DNA of 64,000 bases from Auanema rhodensis (Eukaryota > Animalia > Nematoda). The position numbers were made by a program, and so were the translations under genes. Numbering within the stretch: the first letter of the stretch is position 1; the number at the start of each line of letters is the position of its first letter. Where the stretch lies: positions 5,208,001 to 5,272,000 of the forward strand of contig OZ059896.1 of the NCBI GenBank assembly GCA_964057225.1, written 5' to 3'. Of this stretch, positions 26,701 through 41,700 are shown in pieces. The notes beneath the pieces are model-generated. The model did not search any database, had not been told where the DNA came from, and saw only the letters and a list, made by a program, of their open reading frames with translations.

Positions 26701-29700
26701 AGTTACATACCAAGTGCACATCACGTGTACATTTAATTAGCATAAATTAAAGTTCACGTAAATTTCAAAGTCATGGTTACCATGAACCAATATCAATAAA
26801 AATTTGTTTTTAGACTAATATGGACATGGGGAATCTAATTTTGGAAACCGCATCTCTTTATCTTTCACGTGAAGCGAGTTACATACCAAGTGCACATCAC
26901 GTGTACATTTAATTAGCATAAATTAAAGTTCACGTAAATTTCAAAGTCATGGTTACCATGAACCAATATCAATAAAAATTTGTTTTTAGACTAATATGGA
27001 CATGGGGAATCTAATTTCGAAAACCGCATCTATTTATCTTTCACGTGAAGCGAGTTACATACCAAGTGCACATCACGTGTACATTTAATTAGCATAAATT
27101 AAAGTTCACGTAAATTTCAAAGTCATGGTTACCATGAACCAATATCAATAAAAATTTGTTTTTAGACTAATATGGACATGGGGAATCTTATTTCGAAAAC
27201 CGCATCTCTTTATCTTTCACGTGAAGCGAGTTACATACCAAGTGCACATCACGTGTACATTTAATTAGCATAAATTAAAGTTCACGTAAATTTCAAAGTC
27301 ATGGTTACCATGAACCAATATCAATAAAAATTTGTTTTTAGACTAATATGGACATGGGGAATCTAATTTCGAAAACCGCATCTATTTATCTTTCACGTGA
27401 AGCGAGTTACATACCAAGTGCACATCACGTGTACATTTAATTAGCATAAATTAAAGTTCACGTAAATTTCAAAGTCATGGTTACCATGAACCAATATCAA
27501 TAAAAATTTGTTTTTAGACTAATATGGACATGGGGAATCTAATTTTGGAAACCGCATCTCTTTGTCTTTCACGTGAAGCGAGTTACATACCAAGTGCACA
27601 TCACGTGTACATTTAATTAGCATAAATTAAAGTTCACGTAAATTTCAAAGTCATGGTTACCATGAACCAATATCAATAAAAATTTGTTTTTAGACTAATA
27701 TGGACATGGGGAATCTAATTTCGAGAACCGCATCTATTTATCTTTCACGTGAAGCGAGTTACATACCAAGTGCACATCACGTGTACATTTAATTAGCATA
27801 AATTAAAGTTCACGTAAATTTCAAAGTCATGGTTACCATGAACCAATATCAATAAAAATTTGTTTTTAGACTAATTTGGACATGGGGAATCTAATTTCGA
27901 AAACCGCATCTATTTATCTTTCACGTGAAGCGAGTTACATACCAAGTGCACATCACGTGTACATTTAATTAGCATAAATTAAAGTTCACGTAAATTTCAA
28001 AGTCATGGTTACCATGAACCAATATCAATAAAAATTTGTTTTTAGACTAATTTGGACATGGGGAATCTAATTTTGAAAATCGCATCTATTTATCTTTCAC
28101 GTGAAGCGAGTTACATACCAAGTGCACATCACGTGTACATTTAATTAGCATAAATTAAAGTTCACGTAAATTTTAAAGTCATGGTTACCATGAACCAATA
28201 TCAATAAAAATTTGTTTTTAGACTAATATGGACATGGGGAATCTAATTTTGAAAACCGCATCTCTTTATCTTTCACGTGAAGCGAGTTACATACCAAGTG
28301 CACATCACGTGTACATTTAATTAGCATAAATTAAAGTTCACGTAAATTTCAAAGTCATGGTTACCATGAACCAATATCAATAAAAATTTGTTTTTAGACT
28401 AATATGGACATGGGGAATCTAATTTCGAAAACCGCATCTATTTATCTTTCACGTGAAGCGAGTTACATACCAAGTGCACATCACGTGTACATTTAATTAG
28501 CATAAATTAAAGTTCACGTAAATTTCAAAGTCATGGTTACCATGAACCAATATCAATAAAAATTTGTTTTTAGACTAATTTGGACATGGGGAATCTAATT
28601 TTGAAGACCGCATCTATTTATCTTTCACGTGAAGCGAGTTACATACCAAGTGCACATCACGTGTACATTTAATTAGCATAAATTAAAGTTCACGTAAATT
28701 TCAAAGTCATGGTTACCATGAACCAATATCAATAAAAATTTGTTTTTAGACTAATATGGACATGGGGAATCTAATTTCGAAAACCGCATCTATTTATCTT
28801 TCACGTGAAGCGAGTTACATACCAAGTGCACATCACGTGTACATTTAATTAGCATAAATTAAAGTTCACGTAAATTTTAAAGTCATGGTTACCATGAACC
28901 AATATCAATAAAAATTTGTTTTTAGACTAATATGGACATGGGGAATCTAATTTTGAAAACCGCATCTCTTTATCTTTCACGTGAAGCGAGTTACATACCA
29001 AGTGCACATCACGTGTACATTTAATTAGCATAAATTAAAGTTCACGTAAATTTCAAAGTCATGGTTACCATGAACCAATATCAATAAAAATTTGTTTTTA
29101 GACTAATATGGACATGAGGAATCTAATTTCGAAAACCGCATCTCTTTATCTTTCACGTGAAGCGAGTTACATACCAAGTGCACATCACGTGTACATTTAA
29201 TTAGCATAAATTAAAGTTCACGTAAATTTCAAAGTCATGGTTACCATGAACCAATATCAATAAAAATTTGTTTTTAGACTAATATGGACATGGGGAATCT
29301 AATTTCGAAAACCGCATCTATTTATCTTTCACGTGAAGCGAGTTACATACCAAGTGCACATCACGTGTACATTTAATTAGCATAAATTAAAGTTCACGTA
29401 AATTTCAAAGTCATGGTTACCATGAACCAATATCAATAAAAATTTGTTTTTAGACTAATTTGGACATGGGGAATCTAATTTTGAAGACCGCATCTATTTA
29501 TCTTTCACGTGAAGCGAGTTACATACCAAGTGCACATCACGTGTACATTTAATTAGCATAAATTAAAGTTCACGTAAATTTCAAAGTCATGGTTACCATG
29601 AACCAATATCAATAAAAATTTGTTTTTAGACTAATATGGACATGGGGAATCTAATTTCGAAAACCGCATCTATTTATCTTTCACGTGAAGCGAGTTACAT

Positions 29701-32700
29701 ACCAAGTGCACATCACGTGTACATTTAATTAGCATAAATTAAAGTTCACGTAAATTTCAAAGTCATGGTTACCATGAACCAATATCAATAAAAATTTGTT
29801 TTTAGACTAATTTGGACATGGGGAATCTAATTTTGAAAACCGCATCTATTTATCTTTCACGTGAAGCGAGTTACATACCAAGTGCACATCACGTGTACAT
29901 TTAATTAGCATAAATTAAAGTTCACGTAAATTTCAAAGTCATGGTTACCATGAACCAATATCAATAAAAATTTGTTTTTAGACTAATATGGACATGGGGA
30001 ATCTAATTTCGAAAACCGCATCTATTTATCTTTCACGTGAAGCGAGTTACATACCAAGTGCACATCACGTGTACATTTAATTAGCATAAATTAAAGTTCA
30101 CGTAAATTTCAAAGTCATGGTTACCATGAACCAATATCAATAAAAATTTGTTTTTAGACTAATTTGGACATGGGGAATCTAATTTTGAAAACCGCATCTA
30201 TTTATCTTTCACGTGAAGCGAGTTACATACCAAGTGCACATCACGTGTACATTTAATTAGCATAAATTAAAGTTCACGTAAATTTCAAAGTCATGGTTAC
30301 CATGAACCAATATCAATAAAAATTTGTTTTTAGACTAATATGGACATGGGGAATCTAATTTCGGAAACCGCATCTTTTTATCTTTCACGTGAAGCGAGTT
30401 ACATACCAAGTGCACATCACGTGTACATTTAATTAGCATAAATTAAAGTTCACGTAAATTTCAAAGTCATGGTTACCATGAACCAATATCAATAAAAATT
30501 TGTTTTTAGACTAATATGGACATGGGGAATCTAATTTCGAAAACCGCATCTATTTATCTTTCACGTGAAGCGAGTTACATACCAAGTGCACATCACGTGT
30601 ACATTTAATTAGCATAAATTAAAGTTCACGTAAATTTCAAAGTCATGGTTACCATGAACCAATATCAATAAAAATTTGTTTTTAGACTAATATGGACATG
30701 GGGAATCTAATTTCGAAAACCGCATCTATTTATCTTTCACGTGAAGCGAGTTACATACCAAGTGCACATCACGTGTACATTTAATTAGCATAAATTAAAG
30801 TTCACGTAAATTTCAAAGTCATGGTTACCATGAACCAATATCAATAAAAATTTGTTTTTAGACTAATATGGACATGGGGAATCTAATTTTGAAAACCGCA
30901 TCTCTTTATCTTTCACGTGAAGCGAGTTACATACCAAGTGCACATCACGTGTACATTTAATTAGCATAAATTAAAGTTCACGTAAATTTCAAAGTCATGG
31001 TTACCATGAACCAATATCAATAAAAATTTGTTTTTAGACTAATATGGACATGGGGAATCTAATTTCGAAAACCGCATCTATTTATCTTTCACGTGAAGCG
31101 AGTTACATACCAAGTGCACATCACGTGTACATTTAATTAGCATAAATTAAAGTTCACGTAAATTTCAAAGTCATGGTTACCATGAACCAATATCAATAAA
31201 AATTTGTTTTTAGACTAATTTGGACATGGGGAATCTAATTTTGAAAACCGCATCTATTTATCTTTCACGTGAAGCGAGTTACATACCAAGTGCACATCAC
31301 GTGTACATTTAATTAGCATAAATTAAAGTTCACGTAAATTTCAAAGTCATGGTTACCATGAACCAATATCAATAAAAATTTGTTTTTAGACTAATATGGA
31401 CATGGGGAATCTAATTTCGAAAACCACATCTATTTATCTTTCACGTGAAGCGAGTTACATACCAAGTGCACATCACGTGTACATTTAATTAGCATAAATT
31501 AAAGTTCACGTAAATTTCAAAGTCATGGTTACCATGAACCAATATCAATAAAAATTTGTTTTTAGACTAATTTGGACATGGGGAATCTAATTTTGAAAAC
31601 CGCATCTATTTATCTTTCACGTGAAGCGAGTTACATACCAAGTGCACATCACGTGTACATTTAATTAGCATAAATTAAAGTTCACGTAAATTTCAAAGTC
31701 ATGGTTACCATGAACCAATATCAATAAAAATTTGTTTTTAGACTAATATGGACATGGGGAATCTAATTTTGGAAACCGCATCTCTTTATCTTTCACGTGA
31801 AGCGAGTTACATACCAAGTGCACATCACGTGTACATTTAATTAGCATAAATTAAAGTTCACGTAAATTTCAAAGTCATGGTTACCATGAACCAATATCAA
31901 TAAAAATTTGTTTTTAGACTAATATGGACATGGGGAATCTAATTTCGAAAACCACATCTATTTATCTTTCACGTGAAGCGAGTTACATACCAAGTGCACA
32001 TCACGTGTACATTTAATTAGCATAAATTAAAGTTCACGTAAATTTCAAAGTCATGGTTACCATGAACCAATATCAATAAAAATTTGTTTTTAGACTAATT
32101 TGGACATGGGGAATCTAATTTTGAAAACCGCATCTATTTATCTTTCACGTGAAGCGAGTTACATACCAAGTGCACATCACGTGTACATTTAATTAGCATA
32201 AATTAAAGTTCACGTAAATTTCAAAGTCATGGTTACCATGAACCAATATCAATAAAAATTTGTTTTTAGACTAATATGGACATGGGGAATCTAATTTTGG
32301 AAACCGCATCTCTTTATCTTTCACGTGAAGCGAGTTACATACCAAGTGCACATCACGTGTACATTTAATTAGCATAAATTAAAGTTCACGTAAATTTCAA
32401 AGTCATGGTTACCATGAACCAATATCAATAAAAATTTGTTTTTAGACTAATATGGACATGGGGAATCTAATTTCGAAAACCGCATCTATTTATCTTTCAC
32501 GTGAAGCGAGTTACATACCAAGTGCACATCACGTGTACATTTAATTAGCATAAATTAAAGTTCACGTAAATTTCAAAGTCATGGTTACCATGAACCAATA
32601 TCAATAAAAATTTGTTTTTAGACTAATATGGACATGGGGAATCTAATTTCGAAAACCGCATCTATTTATCTTTCACGTGAAGCGAGTTACATACCAAGTG

Positions 32701-35700
32701 CACATCACGTGTACATTTAATTAGCATAAATTAAAGTTCACGTAAATTTCAAAGTCATGGTTACCATGAACCAATGTCAATAAAAATGTGTTTTTAGACT
32801 AATATGGACATGGGGAATCTAATTTTGAAAACCGCATCTCTTTATTTTTCACGTGAAGCGAGTTACATACCAAGTGCACATCACGTGTACATTTAATTAG
32901 CATAAATTAAAGTTCACGTAAATTTCAAAGTCATGGTTACCATGAACCAATATCAATAAAAATTTGTTTTTAGACTAATTTGGACATGGGGAATCTAATT
33001 TCGAAAACCGCATCTATTTATCTTTCACGTGAAGCGAGTTACATACCAAGTGCACATCACGTGTACATTTAATTAGCATAAATTAAAGTTCACGTAAATT
33101 TCAAAGTCATGGTTACCATGAACCAATATCAATAAAAATTTGTTTTTAGACTAATATGGACATGGGGAATCTAATTTTGAAAACCGCATCTATTTATCTT
33201 TCACGTGAAGCGAGTTACATACCAAGTGCACATCACGTGTACATTTAATTAGCATAAATTAAAGTTCACGTAAATTTCAAAGTCATGGTTACCATGAACC
33301 AATATCAATAAAAATTTGTTTTTAGACTAATATGGACATGGGGAATCTAATTTCGAAAACCGCATCTATTTATCTTTCACGTGAAGCGAGTTACATACCA
33401 AGTGCACATCACGTGTACATTTAATTAGCATAAATTAAAGTTCACGTAAATTTCAAAGTCATGGTTACCATGAACCAATATCAATAAAAATTTGTTTTTA
33501 GACTAATTTGGACATGGGGAATCTAATTTTGAAAACCGCATCTATTTATCTTTCACGTGAAGCGAGTTACATACCAAGTGCACATCACGTGTACATTTAA
33601 TTAGCATAAATTAAAGTTCACGTAAATTTCAAAGTCATGGTTACCATGAACCAATATCAATAAAAATTTGTTTTTAGACTAATATGGACATGGGGAATCT
33701 AATTTTGGAAACCGCATCTCTTTATCTTTCACGTGAAGCGAGTTACATACCAAGTGCACATCACGTGTACATTTAATTAGCATAAATTAAAGTTCACGTA
33801 AATTTCAAAGTCATGGTTACCATGAACCAATATCAATAAAAATTTGTTTTTAGACTAATATGGACATGGGGAATCTAATTTCGAAAACCGCATCTATTTA
33901 TCTTTCACGTGAAGCGAGTTACATACCAAGTGCACATCACGTGTACATTTAATTAGCATAAATTAAAGTTCACGTAAATTTCAAAGTCATGGTTACCATG
34001 AACCAATATCAATAAAAATTTGTTTTTAGACTAATATGGACATGGGGAATCTAATTTCGAAAACCGCATCTCTTTATCTTTCACGTGAAGCGAGTTACAT
34101 ACCAAGTGCACATCACGTGTACATTTAATTAGCATAAATTAAAGTTCACGTAAATTTCAAAGTCATGGTTACCATGAACCAATATCAATAAAAATTTGTT
34201 TTTAGACTAATATGGACATGGGGAATCTAATTTTGAAAACCGCATCTATTTATCTTTCACGTGAAGCGAGTTACATACCAAGTGCACATCACGTGTACAT
34301 TTAATTAGCATAAATTAAAGTTCACGTAAATTTCAAAGTCATGGTTACCATGAACCAATATCAATAAAAATTTGTTTTTAGACTAATATGGACATGGGGA
34401 ATCTAATTTCGAAAACCGCATCTCTTTATCTTTCACGTGAAGCGAGTAACATACCAAGTGCACATCACGTGTACATTTAATTAGCATAAATTAAAGTTCA
34501 CGTAAATTTCAAAGTCATGGTTACCATGAACCAATATCAATAAAAATTTGTTTTTAGACTAATATGGACATGGGGAATCTAATTTCGAAAACCGCATCTC
34601 TTTATCTTTCACGTGAAGCGAGTAACATACCAAGTGCACATCACGTGTACATTTAATTAGCATAAATTAAAGTTCACGTAAATTTCAAAGTCATGGTTAC
34701 CATGAACCAATATCAATAAAAATTTGTTTTTAGACTAATATGGACATGGGGAATCTAATTTTGAAAACCGCATCTCTTTATCTTTCACGTGAAGCGAGTT
34801 ACATACCAAGTGCACATCACGTGTACATTTAATTAGCATAAATTAAAGTTCACGTAAATTTCAAAGTCATGGTTACCATGAACCAATATCAATAAAAATT
34901 TGTTTTTAGACTAATATGGACATGGGGAATCTAATTTCGAAAACCGCATCTCTTTATCTTTCACGTGAAGCGAGTTACATACCAAGTGCACATCACGTGT
35001 ACATTTAATTAGCATAAATTAAAGTTCACGTAAATTTCAAAGTCATGGTTACCATGAACCAATATCAATAAAAATTTGTTTTTAGACTAATATGGACATG
35101 GGGAATCTAATTTCGAAAACCGCATCTATTTATCTTTCACGTGAAGCGAGTTACATACCAAGTGCACATCACGTGTACATTTAATTAGCATAAATTAAAG
35201 TTCACGTAAATTTCAAAGTCATGGTTACCATGAACCAATATCAATAAAAATTTGTTTTTAGACTAATTTGGACATGGGGAATCTAATTTTGAAGACCGCA
35301 TCTATTTATCTTTCACGTGAAGCGAGTTACATACCAAGTGCACATCACGTGTACATTTAATTAGCATAAATTAAAGTTCACGTAAATTTCAAAGTCATGG
35401 TTACCATGAACCAATATCAATAAAAATTTGTTTTTAGACTAATATGGACATGGGGAATCTAATTTTGAAAACCGCATCTCTTTATCTTTCACGTGAAGCG
35501 AGTTACATACCAAGTGCACATCACGTGTACATTTAATTAGCATAAATTAAAGTTCACGTAAATTTCAAAGTCATGGTTACCATGAACCAATATCAATAAA
35601 AATTTGTTTTTAGACTAATATGGACATGGGGAATCTAATTTCGTAAACCGCATCTATTTATCTTTCACGTGAAGCGAGTTACATACCAAGTGCACATCAC

Positions 35701-38700
35701 GTGTACATTTAATTAGCATAAATTAAAGTTCACGTAAATTTCAAAGTCATGGTTACCATGAACCAATATCAATAAAAATTTGTTTTTAGACTAATTTGGA
35801 CATGGGGAATCTAATTTTGGAAACCGCATCTCTTTATCTTTCACGTGAAGCGAGTTACATACCAAGTGCACATCACGTGTACATTTAATTAGCATAAATT
35901 AAAGTTCACGTAAATTTCAAAGTCATGGTTACCATGAACCAATATCAATAAAAATTTGTTTTTAGACTAATATGGACATGGGGAATCTAATTTCGAAAAC
36001 CGCATCTATTTATCTTTCACGTGAAGCGAGTTACATACCAAGTGCACATCACGTGTACATTTAATTAGCATAAATTAAAGTTCACGTAAATTTCAAAGTC
36101 ATGGTTACCATGAACCAATATCAATAAAAATTTGTTTTTAGACTAATATGGACATGGGGAATCTAATTTCGAAAACCACATCTATTTATCTTTCACGTGA
36201 AGCGAGTTACATACCAAGTGCACATCACGTGTACATTTAATTAGCATAAATTAAAGTTCACGTAAATTTCAAAGTCATGGTTACCATGAACCAATATCAA
36301 TAAAAATTTGTTTTTAGACTAATTTGGACATGGGGAATCTAATTTTGAAAACCGCATCTATTTATCTTTCACGTGAAGCGAGTTACATACCAAGTGCACA
36401 TCACGTGTACATTTAATTAGCATAAATTAAAGTTCACGTAAATTTCAAAGTCATGGTTACCATGAACCAATATCAATAAAAATTTGTTTTTAGACTAATA
36501 TGGACATGGGGAATCTAATTTTGGAAACCGCATCTCTTTATCTTTCACGTGAAGCGAGTTACATACCAAGTGCACATCACGTGTACATTTAATTAGCATA
36601 AATTAAAGTTCACGTAAATTTCAAAGTCATGGTTACCATGAACCAATATCAATAAAAATTTGTTTTTAGACTAATATGGACATGGGGAATCTAATTTCGA
36701 AAACCGCATCTATTTATCTTTCACGTGAAGCGAGTTACATACCAAGTGCACATCACGTGTACATTTAATTAGCATAAATTAAAGTTCACGTAAATTTCAA
36801 AGTCATGGTTACCATGAACCAATATCAATAAAAATTTGTTTTTAGACTAATATGGACATGGGGAATCTAATTTCGAAAACCGCATCTATTTATCTTTCAC
36901 GTGAAGCGAGTTACATACCAAGTGCACATCACGTGTACATTTAATTAGCATAAATTAAAGTTCACGTAAATTTCAAAGTCATGGTTACCATGAACCAATG
37001 TCAATAAAAATGTGTTTTTAGACTAATATGGACATGGGGAATCTAATTTTGAAAACCGCATCTCTTTATTTTTCACGTGAAGCGAGTTACATACCAAGTG
37101 CACATCACGTGTACATTTAATTAGCATAAATTAAAGTTCACGTAAATTTCAAAGTCATGGTTACCATGAACCAATATCAATAAAAATTTGTTTTTAGACT
37201 AATATGGACATGGGGAATCTAATTTCGAAAACCGCATCTATTTATCTTTCACGTGAAGCGAGTTACATACCAAGTGCACATCACGTGTACAATTAATTAG
37301 CATAAATTAAAGTTCACGTAAATTTCAAAGTCATGGTTACCATGCACCAATATCAATAAAAATTTGTTTTTAGACTAATATGGACATGGGGAATCTAATT
37401 TCGAAAACCGCATCTATTTATCTTTCACGTGAAGCGAGTTACATACCAAGGGCACATCACGTGTACATTTAATTAGCATTAATTAAAGTTCACGTAAATT
37501 TCAAAGTCATGGTTACCATGAACCAATATCAATAAAAATTTGTTTTTAGACTAATTTGGACATGGGGAATCTAATTTTGAAAACCGCATCTATTTATCTT
37601 TCACGTGAAGCGAGTTACATACCAAGTGCACATCACGTGTACATTTAATTAGCATAAATTAAAGTTCACGTAAATTTCAAAGTCATGGTTACCATGAACC
37701 AATATCAATAAAAATTTGTTTTTAGACTAATATGGACATGGGGAATCTAATTTCGAAAACCGCATCTATTTATCTTTCACGTGAAGCGAGTTACATACCA
37801 AGTGCACATCACGTGTACATTAAATTAGCATAAATTAAAGTTCACGTAAATTTCAAAGTCATGGTTACCATGAACCAATATCAATAAAAATTTGTTTTTA
37901 GACTAATTTGGACATGGGGAATCTAATTTTGAAAACCGCATCTATTTATCTTTCACGTGAAGCGAGTTACATACCAAGTGCACATCACGTGTACATTTAA
38001 TTAGCATAAATTAAAGTTCACGTAAATTTCAAAGTCATGGTTACCATGAACCAATGTCAATAAAAATTTGTTTTTAGACTAATATGGACATGGGGAATCT
38101 AATTTTGAAAACCGCATCTCTTTATTTTTCACGTGAAGCGAGTTACATACCAAGTGCACATCACGTGTACATTTAATTAGCATAAATTAAAGTTCACGTA
38201 AATTTCAAAGTCATGGTTACCATGAACCAATATCAATAAAAATTTGTTTTTAGACTAATATGGACATGGGGAATCTAATTTCGAAAACCGCATCTATTTA
38301 TCTTTCACGTGAAGCGAGTTACATACCAAGTGCACATCACGTGTACAATTAATTAGCATAAATTAAAGTTCACGTAAATTTCAAAGTCATGGTTACCATG
38401 CACCAATATCAATAAAAATTTGTTTTTAGACTAATATGGACATGGGGAATCTAATTTTGAAAACCGCATCTCTTTATCTCTCACGTGAAGCGAGTTACAT
38501 ACCAAGGGCACATCACGTGTACATTTAATTAGCATTAATTAAAGTTCACGTAAATTTCAAAGTCATGGTTACCATGAACCAATATCAATAAAAATTTGTT
38601 TTTAGACTAATTTGGACATGGGGAATCTAATTTTGAAAACCGCATCTATTTATCTTTCACGTGAAGCGAGTTACATACCAAGTGCACATCACGTGTACAT

Positions 38701-41700
38701 TTAATTAGCATAAATTAAAGTTCACGTAAATTTCAAAGTCATGGTTACCATGAACCAATATCAATAAAAATTTGTTTTTAGACTAATATGGACATGGGGA
38801 ATCTAATTTCGAAAACCGCATCTATTTATCTTTCACGTGAAGCGAGTTACATACCAAGTGCACATCACGTGTACATTTATTTAGCATAAATTAAAGTTCA
38901 CGTAAATTTCAAAGTCATGGTTACCATGAACCAATATCAATAAAAATTTGTTTTTAGACTAGTTTGGACATGGGGAATCTAATTTTGAAAACCGCATCTA
39001 TTTATCTTTCACGTGAAGCGAGTTACATACCAAGTGCACATCACGTGTACATTTAATTAGCATAAATTAAAGTTCACGTAAATTTCAAAGTCATGGTTAC
39101 CATGAACCAATATCAATAAAAATTTGTTTTTAGACTAATATGGACATGGGGAATCTAATTTTGGAAACCGCATCTCTTTATCTTTCACGTGAAGCGAGTT
39201 ACATACCAAGTGCACATCACGTGTACATTTAATTAGCATAAATTAAAGTTCACGTAAATTTCAAAGTCATGGTTACCATGAACCAATATCAATAAAAATT
39301 TGTTTTTAGACTAATATGGACATGGGGAATCTAATTTCGAAAACCGCATCTATTTATCTTTCACGTGAAGCGAGTTACATACCAAGTGCACATCACGTGT
39401 ACATTTAATTAGCATAAATTAAAGTTCACGTAAATTTCAAAGTCATGGTTACCATGAACCAATATCAATAAAAATTTGTTTTTAGACTAATATGGACATG
39501 GGGAATCTAATTTCGAAAACCGCATCTATTTATCTTTCACGTGAAGCGAGTTACATACCAAGTGCACATCACGTGTACATTAAATTAGCATAAATTAAAG
39601 TTCACGTAAATTTCAAAGTCATGGTTACCATGAACCAATATCAATAAAAATTTGTTTTTAGACTAATTTGGACATGGGGAATCTAATTTTGAAAACCGCA
39701 TCTATTTATCTTTCACGTGAAGCGAGTTACATACCAAGTGCACATCACGTGTACATTTAATTAGCATAAATTAAAGTTCACGTAAATTTCAAAGTCATGG
39801 TTACCATGAACCAATGTCAATAAAAATTTGTTTTTAGACTAATATGGACATGGGGAATCTAATTTTGAAAACCGCATCTCTTTATTTTTCACGTGAAGCG
39901 AGTTACATACCAAGTGCACATCACGTGTACATTTAATTAGCATAAATTAAAGTTCACGTAAATTTCAAAGTCATGGTTACCATGAACCAATATCAATAAA
40001 AATTTGTTTTTAGACTAATATGGACATGGGGAATCTAATTTCGAAAACCGCATCTATTTATCTTTCACGTGAAGAGAGTTACATACCAAGTGCACATCAC
40101 GTGTACAATTAATTAGCATAAATTAAAGTTCACGTAAATTTCAAAGTCATGGTTACCATGCACCAATATCAATAAAAATTTGTTTTTAGACTAATATGGA
40201 CATGGGGAATCTAATTTTGAAAACCGCATCTCTTTATCTCTCACGTGAAGCGAGTTACATACCAAGTGCACATCACGTGTACATTTAATTAGCATAAATT
40301 AAAGTTCACGTAAATTTCAAAGTCATGGTTACCATGAACCAATATCAATAAAAATTTGTTTTTAGACTAATATGGACATGGGGAATCTAATTTCGAAAAC
40401 CGCATCTATTCATCTTTCACGTGAAGCGAGTTACATACCAAGTGCACATCACGTGTACATTTAATTAGCATAAATTAAAGTTCACGTAAATTTCAAAGTC
40501 ATGGTTACCATGAACCAATATCAATAAAAATTTGTTTGTGAACTAATATGGACATGGGGAATCTAATTTTGGAAACCGCATCTCTTCATCTTTCACGTGA
40601 AGCGAGTTACATACCAAGTGCACATCACGTGTACATTTAATTAGCATAAATTAAAGTTCACGTAAATTTCAAAGTCATGGTTACCATGAACCAATATCAA
40701 TAAAAAATTTGTTTTTAGACTAATATGGACATGGGGAATCTAATTTCGAAAACCGCATGTATTCATCTTTCACGTGAAGCGAGTTACATACCAAGTGCAC
40801 ATCACGTGTACATTTAATTAGCATAAATTAAAGTTCACGTAAATTTCAAAGTCATGGTTACCATGAACCAATATCAATAAAAATTTGTTTGTGAACTAAT
40901 ATGGACATGGGGAATCTAATTTTGGAAACCGCATCTCTTCATCTTTCACGTGAAGCGAGTTACATACCAAGTGCACATCACGTGTACAATTAATTAGCAT
41001 AAATTAAAGTTCACGTAAATTTCAAAGTCATGGTTACCATGCACCAATATCAATAAAAATTTGTTTTTAGACTAATATGGACATGGGGAATCTAATTTTG
41101 AGAACCGCATCTCTTCATCTTTCACGTGAAGCGAGTTACATACCAAGTGCACATCACGTGTACAATTAATTAGCATAAATTAAAGTTCACGTAAATTTCA
41201 AAGTCATGGTTACCATGAACCAATATCAATAAAAAATTTGTTTTTAGACTAATATGGACATGGGGAATCTAATTTCGAAAACCGCATGTATTCATCTTTC
41301 ACGTGAAGCGAGTTACATACCAAGTGCACATCACGTGTACATTTAATTAGCATAAATTAAAGTTCACGTAAATTTCAAAGTCATGGTTACCATGAACCAA
41401 TATCAATAAAAATTTGTTTGTGAACTAATATGGACATGGGGAATCTAATTTTGGAAACCGCATCTCTTCATCTTTCACGTGAAGCGAGTTACATACCAAG
41501 TGCACATCACGTGTACAATTAATTAGCATAAATTAAAGTTCACGTAAATTTCAAAGTCATGGTTACCATGAACCAATGTCAATAAAAATTTGTTTTTAGA
41601 CTAATATGGACATGGGGAATCTAATTTTGAGAACCGCATCTCTTCATCTTTCACGTGAAGCGAGTTACATACCAAGTGCACATCACGTGTACAATTAATT

